Assembly (NCBI GenBank): GCA_050084985.1 | Contig: JBITNC010000001.1 | Location: 108,934,001 to 108,998,000, forward strand | Direction: 5' to 3' | DNA length: 64,000 bases | DNA from: Nageia nagi | Taxonomy: Eukaryota; Plantae; Pinophyta | Notes under the pieces: model-generated | The model's database searches: none | What the model saw: the letters and a program-made list of their open reading frames with translations, nothing else | Told to the model about the DNA's origin: nothing | Translations under genes and position numbers: made by a program | In this document: in pieces, positions 1 to 12,400 of the stretch | How positions within the stretch are numbered: the first letter of the stretch is position 1 | How the letters are laid out: the number at the start of each line of letters is the position of its first letter

Positions 1-222
1 ATTAATTTAATATCAATTATAACAAATGATAAATACTAATTAAAACACTAAAAAGGGATACTTACCACATAATAGATCTATCTCGACATAATAAAATATG
101 AATATCAAAGGACTACAAACTTGTCATTTACTTGTATTGTATATATCGTAGCCTAGACCTAGTCTCCACATGATATAAACAACTCACTCCTCAAATTCGA
201 ACATCTTTTCCTACCAAGCACA

Positions 223-312
223 ATGTGTTGGTATATCGTAGTGCATCAGTGTACAATAGTACATCGATGTACAATAGTGTGTTAGTGTACAACATTGCAT
301 TGGCATCCAATT
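223..312. repeat. 18-bp degenerate tandem repeat (~5 copies)
   Basis: gtgcatcagtgtacaata / gtacatcgatgtacaata / gtgtgttagtgtacaaca at 241, 259, 277, with weaker flanking units. Confidence 0.75.
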
Positions 313-1499
313 ATCAACCTTAGATCCTTCCAATTCATGTTCATTGTCAAGACATTATCATACCTAACGAAATATAGTGAATAAGGAATTCAATTATCAA
401 TTATGGTATAAATTTAGATTTCATAAGTAACATCGAGAGATACTAAGTATAATATGTAGTATAATCTCTATAAAGATCTAGTATGCTCAATGCTACATCA
501 TTATTCCTTTAAATAGAAGAGAGATTCCATCGTTGATCAAAACTTAAACTTATTATCAAAATAATAGAAAAAGTAAAATTATACTTTATTCTATAAATAT
601 ATTAAATTACTTAAACAGTTAAAAGATAATTTAAAATTAAATAAAAATTAAATTTTATTATTATTATTATTATTAGTAGTAATACTAGAGATAAAATATT
701 TCCAATACATTATTAATGTCATTTCATTGCAATATAAATGGAAGAACGTGAATTACAAATTAAGATCAACTTTATCCTAATTTTATGCATAAGCCAACGT
801 GTATCATCAACATAATTTATGTTTTTAAATGTATTTCAACTTACGCAATACTTTTTTCTCTTAAGAGATTGAACATTTTAATATGCTTTGTTTGATATCA
901 ATAATTAAAAATATACGTTAAAAGTATTACTGATTTTATTTTAATATAAATGTTTTCATTATTAAACTTCGTATACTTATACAAGGCATTAAGGGCACAA
1001 GAAATGGCCGACATTCTTATCTATTCCTATTAAGACATTCGAATCTTTTGCTTTCTAGATTTGCGAGCAGGAGATCCAACGGTCATGACGCAGTTCAACA
1101 TTGCTGGAAACCAGCATAAAGAGACAAGGGAAGAATAAGGGTTCGGTCAAATGAGAAGCCAAAGCTTTATTTTGCTTTCGGTGAAGTATTTGTCATGAAA
1201 TGGACACTCCATGTGAGATAAAGTAACTTAAGCGAGTAATATTACCATGGGCACATGGACATTTTGGAGGAATAATGTAGTTCACCCAAAAACAAAAATG
1301 TAAGGCTCATAATTAGGAAAAGATATTTAGTTTATATGGTGTTTTTTATTTATTTTTGATATTGATGTTTTTTTTGGTCGTTGAATATAATCTATTGCTT
1401 TTGAGGTAAACAAGATTACATTGTGACACACAAGCTTCTATTAATGTTTCTATAGAGTGGCACTGTCCCTGACCTGCTTTAACTTCGCTTGGTAGTTTA

Positions 1500-3441
1500 T
1501 AATGCACCACATGGTTGTGAATGTTTACAGCCAAGAATTTATCATGAACTGTCGCCCATAAGAAGAATTTAGCCTTAGGCTAGGCTCTAGATCTCCAAAC
1601 TCTTATCCACATCAAAGGAGACCAAGGAACCATACTAGGGTGGGTGAGGATATTGTAGGCAGAGTAAACTGAGTATTGCCTTTTCACATTAGGAGACCAA
1701 AGAAGCTGATCCTCCTCCAAGTTTCAATTTGTAGAGTAAAAACTTGGCCTATCGTTCCTCAGGATAATCCTTAGGAGTAGTATCCAAGTTACTCCATTTG
1801 GGTACCAGAGTGCCATTATTATCATGCCAATCTATGTAATCTGCCACCAATTTGTCCCTCGAAGAACTGAGATGAACTTGTAACTGATTGAACATACCTT
1901 TCTGTTGCAAGGGATCATCCATCGACCATGCATCTTCCTATAAGTGCCCTTTTTCACCTCTTCCGACTAACAATTTTAGGGAGTGCATCAATTGGGATCT
2001 GGCCTTTCTTATTCCATTCCATATCATGGAGGCCAAGGGCCAAACTTTTTGGTAGAAGCTAAGGGGGAACCCGTCGAAACCTAGCACTCCAAAATCCTTC
2101 ATCCGAAATACAACCTCCTCTTATGTGATAGGGGCAACAAGAGTCTTCTTGTGAGAAATAGAGACCAATTTTAGGATTAGCTCAAGGAAATATTCTTGAG
2201 CTTGGACTCTTTGACCTAGTTCTCCATCAGCAAATTCTAATAGAATGAGATAATATATTCATCAAGTTCATCCTAGGAGGAAAGAGTACACCCCTCTTTA
2301 GTGACTAAACTGGGAATTCTGTTAGTTGCTCTATGTGCGACCATAGTCATGTTAAAGAATCTTTTAGCCTATTCGCCCTAGATTTTTGCTTCCAGAACGT
2401 ATCTTCTTGTAAATAGATACCATCTAACTATTTTAGATAGGGCATATTCATGTTCAAGAGGGCATCACCTATCACATCCTGAAGTTTAAGTTCAACTTGT
2501 TTCAGTTCTTGTTCAATGCTAGCTCTTCACTAAAAACGATTCACAAAAGATTACGAGTTCCACCATTTTAACTTGGCTTTAAGCTTCCCTATCTTGATGG
2601 CAAATATAAGCATGACTTAACCTTGTACTCGACCCTCTTTGTTCTATCAACCTTCAAACAAATTCGAGAAGTTCGGATGGGTTAACTAAATTTTCTTGAA
2701 ATGAAAAGGGGATCCATGCCTCTTAGTAGGAAGTTCAACATGAATGGAGATTGACCAATGATCTGAACCACATTTTTCCAACACCTCTGATTGAGTTGTG
2801 ATGCCATAATTTAACCATCGTGGGTTGAGCGAAAAATGATTTTTTTTTCTAGAACTGTACATGAGGCATTGTTTTTGTTGGACTAGGTATAGTGACCTTA
2901 CTTGCAAAAGGGTTCCAGCAGCTGATTGTTATCAATGAACTCATTAAGCATAAGGTCTCTCACCTCTAGGACCTGTTTACCCCCTATTTTATCAAACATG
3001 AATCTTATTGTATTAAAATACCTTACCACCACACAAGGGATATTTTTATGGAGGTCCAGCTAAGCTAAAATTTGGCTCCAACCCTCTAGCTTTAGGTGAA
3101 TCTCCTGTGATGCATAAATATTTAGCACTCTAAAGTGCAAACCTGTATCAAATTTTTTACATAGAACTCCCATCCAATTTGTTATGGAGGTGTCCATTTT
3201 ACAATCTAACCTCTAAGGGTCCCAAAGGGTGATGATGCCACCTGATTTTCCATTAGAATCCCTTACAAATAAAAAAACTTCTTACCCAAAATTTAAGTTT
3301 GAACTTCCTAACCCCTCCTGCAAATATTTTGGATTCTTAAATAAGAAAAATCATGGCTGTGTATGAACTAACTAGCGCTTTCACTTTTCATATTTTCAAG
3401 GGATCATGCATACCCCTAGTGTTCTATTAAATGATATTCAT
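1500..3441 (-). pseudogene. L1 ORF2 relic (APE endonuclease, truncated RT start, C-terminal zf-RVT region)
   Basis: ATG at 3441-3439; SDH motif in ORF 2686..2907; many stops and frameshifts. Confidence 0.82.
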
Positions 3442-5960
3442 TAGGAAAGGTGGGGCTTTTTGGAGCATATGAGCTCCTCCATCTTGGCTTGTCTTCTTTC
3501 ATCAATATTGGCCATGGCTTCCAGGTTGTGCTTCTCCTGATTAGAGATACGACCTTTTTTATTTTTGATGTTTTCTAAAATCGAGGCTTTGATAGAGTTA
3601 TGTGTTTGCTTAATGCTTGAGCCCTTGGATTTTCCCTCTTGTGCAGACCATCAGAGAGTTACCTAGATGGTTGAAATCTGGCATGTTAAGAGCCTAGTTT
3701 TTGGGCAATATTTCCATCATGTTTGGCCTCTTGAGTATTTATCTCTTGGTTTGAGTAAGGATCTTTAGTTGGGTTATCCATTACAGAATTGAACCAATAT
3801 CCCCATTGTAGGTCATGATCTCTGCTTGTAAATCTATTTGAGAATGCTACCATTAGGGTGGTTCTTGGTTTGGGCTTGCACCTTATCTTCTGGCATATCC
3901 TCTAGCATTTGATTTTCATCTAGGATCTGGAAATGGTTTTCATTCGGAATGACTATGTTCTATTTGGAATGGTTAGCAGTATGATATTTTTTCTTGGGGA
4001 TTTGAAATCTATATCATTAGAGCCTTCTGGAGATGGTTTGGGCAACTAGGGATGAGGACAATCTTTAGCAAGGTAGCCATACGCCGTGCAAACCTTGCAG
4101 TGGAAAGGGAGGTTCTCATAATTGATCTTCTATAGGTGTACAAAGTACCTTGAAGGTAAGTTGGTTTTGATATGTGCAGGAAAATGAGAGTCTATCCGAA
4201 TGTAAACACACAACCTAGCATAGGAGAGTGATTTCAAATCCCATATGCACTTAGAGACGCCCGTGAATCCTCCCAAATCCTTTCCAACCCCTTCAAATAC
4301 ATCATCATTCTACAATACCCTAAGGAGATGAGAAAGTTAGACCCACATATGAGTGAAAAATGGAATCTCCTCTTAAAGTTTAAAATCCATGTGCCATAGC
4401 TTCATGAAGAGCCTCAGTCTTCCCAAAAACCATGGACCGCCTTCAAATATCACATTACTATCTAGTTTGTTTGAAAATAATGTAATGAAATAACAGCTGG
4501 AGCATAAATTTAGTGTTACCTCTCCACACACTTTCTAATTATTTGCAACCCAAGTTCGAATTATCCTTTGGCTCACTACTAAATATACCCTAATTTGCAT
4601 CATTTTTTATGTTCAAATATAATGTATTTTTTTGAACTTCAACATCAAAAATTGATGCAATCAATACAACAGTTTTTACATTTTTTTTATGTCAAATTTT
4701 TGCATTGAAGTTTGTATCTAATTTTCAATTTTTACATCAATTTTTTGCATCAAATTTTTAAAATTTGCATTATTTTTTACATCAGTTTTTTAGAATTTGC
4801 ATTGATTTTTACTTTGGATTTTTATAATTTGTATCAATTTTTGCATCCAATTTTTATAATTTGCATTTTTTTTTGCATTATATTTTGCATCATCGTTTAC
4901 ATCAATTTTTGCAAGCAAACATTATAGAATTATAGATCTTTTAATTCTATGCGATTTTAAAAAAATAGGCTCAAAATGATATCCAGATCAAAAGTTACGA
5001 TCTTTGCAAGGTACATTATTTTTATTAGGTTTTGGGAAATAACATTGGTCCATTAAACTAGTTCAGGAATGAGGTTAGGGGTTTAGGTTTTAAATTTTTT
5101 TATTTATTGTATATATTTTTCCTAAATAATACAACAAAGTTTTTAATGTTATTGTCCATTTCTTGTTTCTTGCTTCATTGTCAGCTTTTGAAGGAGTTTT
5201 ATTTTCTATAATTGGAGATTTCTCTACCACTAATTTTTTCTCTATGGGCTTATTCTCTATGGGTTTTTTATTTGCCTTGGGTATTATGGCTACGATCAAA
5301 ACATGAAATCTAAAGAAGAAAAACATTAGCTAAAGTATATGAAATGTGAGGATTATGGGGAGGGTTTGTTAATATATATAGATAGGAGAGGGTATTTGGC
5401 TATTGGGTAATCAATTTTAGTACGGATGGAGAAAAAAATGAATGTGAGTCACCAATTGATCAATTGGTGAATATGTAAAATATGTTTTAATTTTTGTTAA
5501 TGAAATGCAACACACACTTTACATTAGAATTTGCATTGAATTTTGCATCGATTTAAATTGAAATTTGCATCAATTTTTATGTTGGAAAAAGTGAAATTAA
5601 AAAATAAATTAAAATGATGCGTATCAAGTAGGAGAATGCAAATTAAAGTTGTTTTTTATTTTTTGTATTTGAAGATGCAAAAAAGGACACAAATCAATCT
5701 TTTGGTAGTAGTGATTGGGATAAATACCTAAAATTTTACAAATAAAGGCCTATGATTCAAAGTGATCTATCTCATTATCGATACTCTAGCTTTGAATTGT
5801 CATTTCTAAAATATCCTTCATGGCCTGAAGATATCTTGTTTCTATTTTTGTTGTATTTTCCTTTGGTGTTCGAAGCCTTCGAATTTGGCTAAATTAGTTC
5901 CTTTAACTTCTCGAGTTGTTATCCTTATTCTCTAGGACCCCCTGAACCCTCCACCATGGT
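3441..5960 (-). pseudogene. L1 ORF1 relic (DUF4283 + CCHC zinc knuckle), split by CACTA at 4574-5713
   Basis: The reading continues across the insertion (..KILGIYP | SQRIIRTWVAN). It ends KKGRISNQEKHNLEAMANIDERRQAKMEELICSKKPHLS* at TAA 3443-3441. The 5' end is approximate. Confidence 0.8.
4574..5713. mobile_element. Non-autonomous CACTA (En/Spm) DNA transposon, 1.14 kb
   Basis: Starts CACTACTA and ends TAGTAGTG; subterminal TTTGCATCAA-type repeats at both ends (4590-4910, 5520-5680); cleanly interrupts L1 ORF1; the 3-bp TSD is decayed (gct/att). Confidence 0.8.
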
Positions 5961-6803
5961 TGAAGCTCAGAAGTAGGATTTCACAAAAATGTTTCAGTCA
6001 TTTGTACCAATCCTCCTACATACTCTCCTAAATCTCTAGATTGTAAATTATTTCTTTGATATTAAATTTCAAGATATTAGATCTTCATATTGATGTTAAG
6101 TTTAATTTTTTTTAATAAAATTCTTATTATGTATTTCAAGTTTTAGAGATAGATATCAAGAAACTTAAAATTATTTAGGATTCTTCTTGCATTTGTGTTG
6201 GCTTTGTTATGAAATGTAGTTCATATCTTAGAATTATGGTGAGAGTTGTTTAACTTGACACATTGTGAAAATGTCATGCAAGTCCAACTGATGATAAATA
6301 GTAGTAGTGTTGTTGATGAGAAAGTGCAAATGATCATACAAATTCTTTTAGCATGGTTTAGAGAGGGCTTGACATGATTTAATTCTATATAAAGTTTCTT
6401 TAACTAAATATAGTTTAAATATTAAAATATCCTATATTCATATGATGATTTAACCAATTTGCAAAATATATGTTTGTTATGCAAATTACCATGAGATTAA
6501 CTAAATATTAAAAGTTAGGCATAAATACCATGGATTGATTTTGACTAGAGAATGTAATAATATCTCTATTATGAAGTTACTAATGATTAATTGATGCATA
6601 AACCAAGCATCAAATGTATGAAAATATATGAAATAAAGAGTACAATATTATTTTGATATCCATAATTGCATCTTCGAGCTTGAGTAGATAAAAAGTAAGA
6701 CATAAGCTTAATCTTAATAAAAGGAAATGTGGCCTTATACAAAGAATGAATAATCATATGAAAGAGGAAAAATATTATATATGAACACATTTTTTTACAA
6801 CCT

Positions 6804-6808
<5 letters not shown>

Positions 6809-6861
<53 letters not shown>
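6809..6861. repeat. (TA)n microsatellite
   Basis: About 26 perfect TA units. Confidence 0.97.
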
Positions 6862-6865
<4 letters not shown>

Positions 6866-7697
6866 TTTAAAATTACAAATTCAATAGAATATAACCATTC
6901 ATACAATTACACTAATCATATTTAATTTATAAAACTGATATATTTTGATTTTTTTATTAGTATAATATTTTTATAAATTCTATCCACACATAATTTGACA
7001 CTTTATTTGGGCCAAACTACATGTCACATAACTATCAGATATTAGGATGAATATGATGTTATGTTATATTTCCTTTATTTCTTATGATCTAACTAAGTTA
7101 CTTCTCTTATGTAATTATTTTATTTTGTAGGTTAGACCACCTACGTTGATGCTAGCATGAAAAGGTGCATTCAATTATTTTCCTAAACTTATAAATTAAG
7201 AATTATATGCATGGCAAGATTATAAAAATTTCATCTCAACACCACCTATCAAGATTGGAATCTATTATGCCTAGGAGTTATCTATCGCTACTTCACCATA
7301 TACATTGAAGAATTGGTTTATGGATCCTAAGTTTGTGAGATTAGGAGAATGGATCACTAATGCATAGAGCATCCTAGTGCTAACGTTGATTGAAAAAGGA
7401 GGTATATGAAGCATATATTTGCATATCAACTAGTTTGGAGTATTTCACCAAGTTCATATTATCATTCAATGATCATCTAGGTAAGTGCATATGTATTTAT
7501 CATTCTCTCTTTCATAGGTTGGTTAAGTTACTCAATTCAATTCTATTACTACTTTAATTATGTTATTTCCTTTCCATTAGTTATTGAGTGATTGTAGGAA
7601 TTTATATAGCTTTGTCCTTTAATTAAGTAGATATAATTACTTCATCATTGACTATAATTTCGGGTTGCATTTTATCATCTACATATTGATGAATCCA

Positions 7698-7908
7698 TGA
7701 TAGAAATTAATATTAGCATTAGGAATATTTGATAAATAGTATAAATTAACTAGTAATAAGAGTGAATTTAACATTCTATTAATTTATTAGTTATTTTGAA
7801 CTTTTTTTTAGGGATTAATTAGCTAAACTACTATTTTAGGCAATGCATTTGCCTATATATTGTAATACATTTTGAAATAATAACATTCAACTTTTGAACC
7901 CCTTATCA
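7698..7908 (+). repeat. 5' LTR of element G
   Basis: TGATAG...TTATCA; homologous to 13729-13936. Confidence 0.88.
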
Positions 7909-7909
7909 T

Positions 7910-7921
7910 TGGTATCAAAGA
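7910..7921 (+). promoter_or_regulatory. Primer binding site (tRNA-iMet) of element G
   Basis: TGGTATCAAAG immediately after the LTR (consensus TGGTATCAGAGC). Confidence 0.85.
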
Positions 7922-8462
7922 AGGTTAAAGCTTGTGGCTCTCATTGATTTTGTTCCTTCGGATCTATATTTGATCTTGGTTTTTGAAGAATTCATTGGAT
8001 TTATGTTCAACCTTCCATCTCTGTTGTGAATTAATTTTCACAGACTTTGTTCCTCATTTGAATATTTTGGATAGGTGGACATTTTCTTTACATATTTCTT
8101 CTGCCTCGTGTATGCATCTATCAAAGTATTGAATATCTTCTTCAGCTAGCCATTGTGCCCTCTCCACTTAGCATTAAGATCACCTCAAGCCTTGTGGCTT
8201 ACTCCTCCGGGCTCCTCACATGACTCTCATTCTCTTCAGCAACTCACCAACCTTTTTGGGCTTCCCTTGGATGTGCAGGTTCATTGAGTCATGCACTATA
8301 TTAATATATTTTAGGCGTACACACCTTGTTCGAAGGTTTCCTTCATCTTGGATCTGCATGCTTATTTGAGATTTGTTCATGAAATCTAAACGACTAGCAC
8401 TTACTTTGCTTGGCATTACAATGTGAAGACTCCTCGCTTCTATTCTCATCTCAATCTTGGTC

Positions 8463-8820
8463 CTCTAGAGTTAACTATTGCCTACGTTGTATTTGACTAG
8501 TGGGGTCCGCTAATTATTGCATTGAAAAAATAGATTATCTCTTATAAATAATATGTATGCAAACTGTTAGTATTATGGGTTGAGGATGGTTTTGATAAAT
8601 AGTAAGATAGTATAACGATTAACATATAGTATTAAAAATGCATGGACTTGAGTTTGAATCCTTGCAATCATTTTTTTATCAACTATTTTCATGCGATAAT
8701 CAGCTATTTCCTTAAGATAATTAGCTATTTCTGTGTGCTAATCAACTATTTCCATGGAGTTATCAGATTGTCCTACCAATCTTAGGGCAAACACAACCTA
8801 GGCAATAGTTAACTATAACC
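8463..8820. mobile_element. MITE (Mutator-like?) inserted in the 5' UTR of element G
   Basis: ~30-bp inverted repeats gttaactattgcctacgttgtatttg (8470-) and caaacacaacctaggcaatagttaac (-8813); flanking 9-bp duplication atcttggtc/atcttgatc; internal 21-bp tandem repeat. Confidence 0.72.
8678..8766. repeat. 21-bp tandem repeat, ~4 copies, inside the MITE
   Basis: atcaactattttcatgcgata / atcagctatttccttaagata / attagctatttctgtgtgcta / atcaactatttccatggagtt. Confidence 0.85.
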
Positions 8821-9499
8821 ATCTTGATCGATACAAGTTTCTTCTATTTTGTAGTTGCAAGAGGTAGATTTTCTTGTGCTCGTGAGGCATCGTTCGTGTG
8901 GCTTTAGCCTATGCTTCTGTTCTCTTTTTTTGAACATAGTGCTTGCGTTATTTTACCTTCGCAAGGCACACCCTCATTTTAAATCTCCAGAAGGCGTGAC
9001 ATCCTATTTACTTTTCCAACCTGAGTGGCGTATCTCTTGTGGTGTGCGAGTTGTGGAGAATTTTGTCTGAAGTCTCCTCCGCCTGGCATAGTTGTTTGAC
9101 AACATTGAAGTATATATTCTGAGAATACACGAGGTGAGCTGGTAAATCTTGACCATGTTTTTTGAGGACTTCAACGACCTGCACAATATCATGTCTTCTT
9201 TTCAGAGTTGCACCTGCTTGTGCGCAACGTTAGTGGTTGTTGTGTCTGTAATATTTACCTCAGAAATGCCATTTTTTTGTAATCGTGGTTGAGCTTGCTA
9301 GGAAAATTACGAACGTTTCATTCTGAGTGAATTGCCCATTGGAGGCAACACATCATTTTGTAGGCATTTTCCTGTTTACCCACATTATCACTTATTGGAT
9401 TCCTAGTTTGAAGCTCTACATAATCAACTCTTTATTGTGAGTTTCGATATCCTATTGTTGGAAGGTATTTTCCTAATTCATTATGGCAGTTAGGCGAGT

Positions 9500-12400
9500 A
9501 TAAGTTAGAGAAACTGCTAACTTAGCTGAAAAATTCATTGAGTTTATCGATATTATATCGGTACTCCCAAACGAAACATTCAGCGAGCCAAGTGTGAAGT
9601 GCCAATCTATAGTAGATTCTGAGATGGGTTCTTGATATGGAGACATGGTTTGATATCGAGAAAACCTTAAACGATGATAAGGTTTCTTGTGATCTCCTCA
9701 AGCTTTTTGGAATCATAAAGATGGAACTGCAAGAGCAAGAACTCACTTTGTGGAATGATTTAATCTCATTTCTTGGTAATACATTTTACCCTCCTAATCA
9801 TTTGCAGAACCTTTAAGTTCAATGATTTTATTTTTGGCAAGGATACCATGAATCCATTTTGGATTACATCAACAACTTCAACCACTTGAGGATATTACTA
9901 CAAAAGGATGATTTTGATGTCAACTTGATTCTTAAATTTAAGAGTGCTTTGATCAAACCATTATTTTGTGAAGTAAAATTCGTGGATTCTAACAAGCTTG
10001 ATGTAGCTTTTAATCATGCACAATTAGTAGAGGAGAAATGCATTGCCTCTAAACCACCTCCTTGTTCATCCAAATCATGGAATTCTTCCAAGTTTGATAA
10101 GTCATCTTCTTCAAGTCATGACACTTCCTCAAAGGACAAAAATGGTTCTTCTTCTTCCTCTCCTTCTCTGTCTTCAAAGAAAGATGATAATTTTTGTTGC
10201 TATTGTAAAAAGGAAGGACATGATATTTTGGAATGTTTTACATTAAAAAGAAAGAAGAAGAGGGATTTATTTATACAAACGACCAATGAAGGAGCACTTG
10301 ATGCCCTCATTGAGTCCATAGGTGAAGATAAACCTTATGGCAAGTTGCAAGAAGCCCTTAACAAGATTTCTTTTATACATCATTTATGTCTCTCGATACT
10401 TGTGATAATTTATTTATCACTATTGCAAATCTGATAAAAACACTTTACTATGGATTGTGTTATCTATAATGGCTTGTAGAAAAATATGATTGTGATGTCC
10501 ATTGTTGACAAATTGGAGCTTCACATTGAACCCCATCCTTGCCCATATTCATTAGGATAGAAGGGTAGTAGTTCATCTACAAGGATCACACATATATGCA
10601 TACTATTATTTGCTTTGGGTCCTAAGTTTATCAATATGATCACTTGTGATGTGACCAACATGGATTGTAGTGGTCTCCTATGTAGCAAATCATATTAGTA
10701 TGATTAAAGAGCCCACTATGAAGCTTTTGACAATGCATATACATTACGGAAAAGATAACCATAAGTAACTAATATGTACCACTTCTCCAAAAAAGAATAA
10801 TTTGGTACTTACATGCAAGCAAGCTCATAAAGTAGTCAATAATGTTGCTGAACTACCTCTTATCTTTATTATATCTCAAATGGACTCATCTCATAGCATT
10901 GACATAATTCCCACTAATCATGCAGATATTGAAAAGCTTCTTAAATCATATTCAGATGTTAAGACACCTTCTACACTTCCTCCAAATAGGCTAATAAATC
11001 ATTCAATTAATTTACTTCTTGGAGCTTCTCTCCTAAATGGACCATTGTACCAAAATTCCATTACACATAATACAAAAATTAAGCATCAAATTAAAGATTC
11101 AATACTAAAGAGTTTGTTAAACCTAGTATTTCTCCTTTGGCATATCCTATTCTTTTGGTCCTTCAAAATTATGGCACTTAGCATTTTTCCATCAACTTTC
11201 AAGCTTTGAATAAAATCATAATAAAGAATTGGTACCATATTCTATGCATTAATGACTTCATTGATCAACTTCAAGGTACCATATTCTTCTCTAAATTGGA
11301 TCTTAAGAGTGGATATCATCAGATTTGGAAGATACATGGAAGACAAAGCTCAAAACATATTTTGGTCTCTTTGAGTGATTTGTTATTCCTTTTAGGCTAA
11401 CTAATGCTCCTTCCACTTTTATGAAGATGATGAACGAAGTTTTTCATGATTATTGTGATAATTTTGATATCATGAATTTGGATAATATTCTTGTTTACTC
11501 CAAAACTTCAAAGGAATATTGCAACATTTGGAGCATGTTTTTCTCACTCTTTGATAACATCAACTCTTTTTCAATCTTTCCAAATATTCTTTTGCTCAAC
11601 ATTTTATCTCTTATTTGGGATTCATCATTGATTAGCAAGGTGTTATAATTAATCCTACTAAAGTTAAAGTTTCCTTGGATTTGACAACTTTTGCAGGAAT
11701 TCCTAGCTATTCAGATATTCCTACTCCATTACATCAACTAACTCTCATTCATGTTCCCTTTTGATGTAATGATGTTCACACCACTATTTTCAAATCTATC
11801 AAGCATTTCCTTTGCTCTACTATAATCTTGACCCTTCTTGATTTGAATTAGCCTTTAAAGATTGAGACAAATGCTACTTAGTTTGCTCTCAATGTTGTGT
11901 TGAAACAAAAGGCTCATCCAATGGCCTATCATTTAGTGACTTTTTTTATCACCAAATGGAACTATTCTACATATGATAAGGATTTGTATGTGCTAGTTCA
12001 AGCCATCAAGTATTCACTTCACTAGCTCCTTGGTGAAGAAACCACTATTCACAATAATCATATGCCATTATAATTTTTTTATTCATAGTCAAAAATTGAG
12101 GAATCTTGACATATGAAATGGGCTTCTTACCTCCAATAGTTCTATTGGATCATCATATATCGAAAGGGAAACACCAACTTAGTTGTTGATTATTTGAGTC
12201 ATCCTCTAATTATTAACACTTTGGTTGTTGTCTCAATTTTACACATTGGTTTGTTAGGCATGGGCTTCTTAGTATTCTACAAATCTTGACTTTTGGAAAA
12301 ATAATTTACAAACTTACATATCCTTCTTGGAATCATACTTAGATTTTTACCTTAAGGATGATTTACTATATTGATTGGAAAAATTATGTAAGCACAAAGA

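Larger units (their letters stand above)
1500..6040 (-). mobile_element. Degenerate L1-clade LINE (ORF1 + ORF2), RT core deleted, interrupted by a CACTA element
   Basis: Minus-strand motifs in L1 order: DUF4283-like ICKILGIYP..QRIIRTWV and EGGPWFLGRLRLFMKLWH; zinc knuckle YENLPFHCKVCTAYGYLAKDC (~4060-4120); endonuclease MNII**NTRG, PCVVVRYFN, GSDHWSI; GFDGFPLSFYQKVW; C-terminal VGRG..EDAW and zf-RVT-like PKAKFFLWA. Boundaries approximate. Confidence 0.88.

Noticed and set aside
1340-1376. A-rich tract as the L1 poly(A) tail
   Set aside because: It is interrupted, no TSD was found, and L1 similarity fades before it.
4712-5326. ORFs 4712..4927 and 5090..5326 as genes
   Set aside because: Low-complexity translations of CACTA subterminal and internal repeats, with no transposase motifs.
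8645-8665. Pol III B-box-like GAGTTTGAATCC (tRNA/SINE)
   Set aside because: No convincing A-box, cloverleaf or tail; it lies inside a TIR element.
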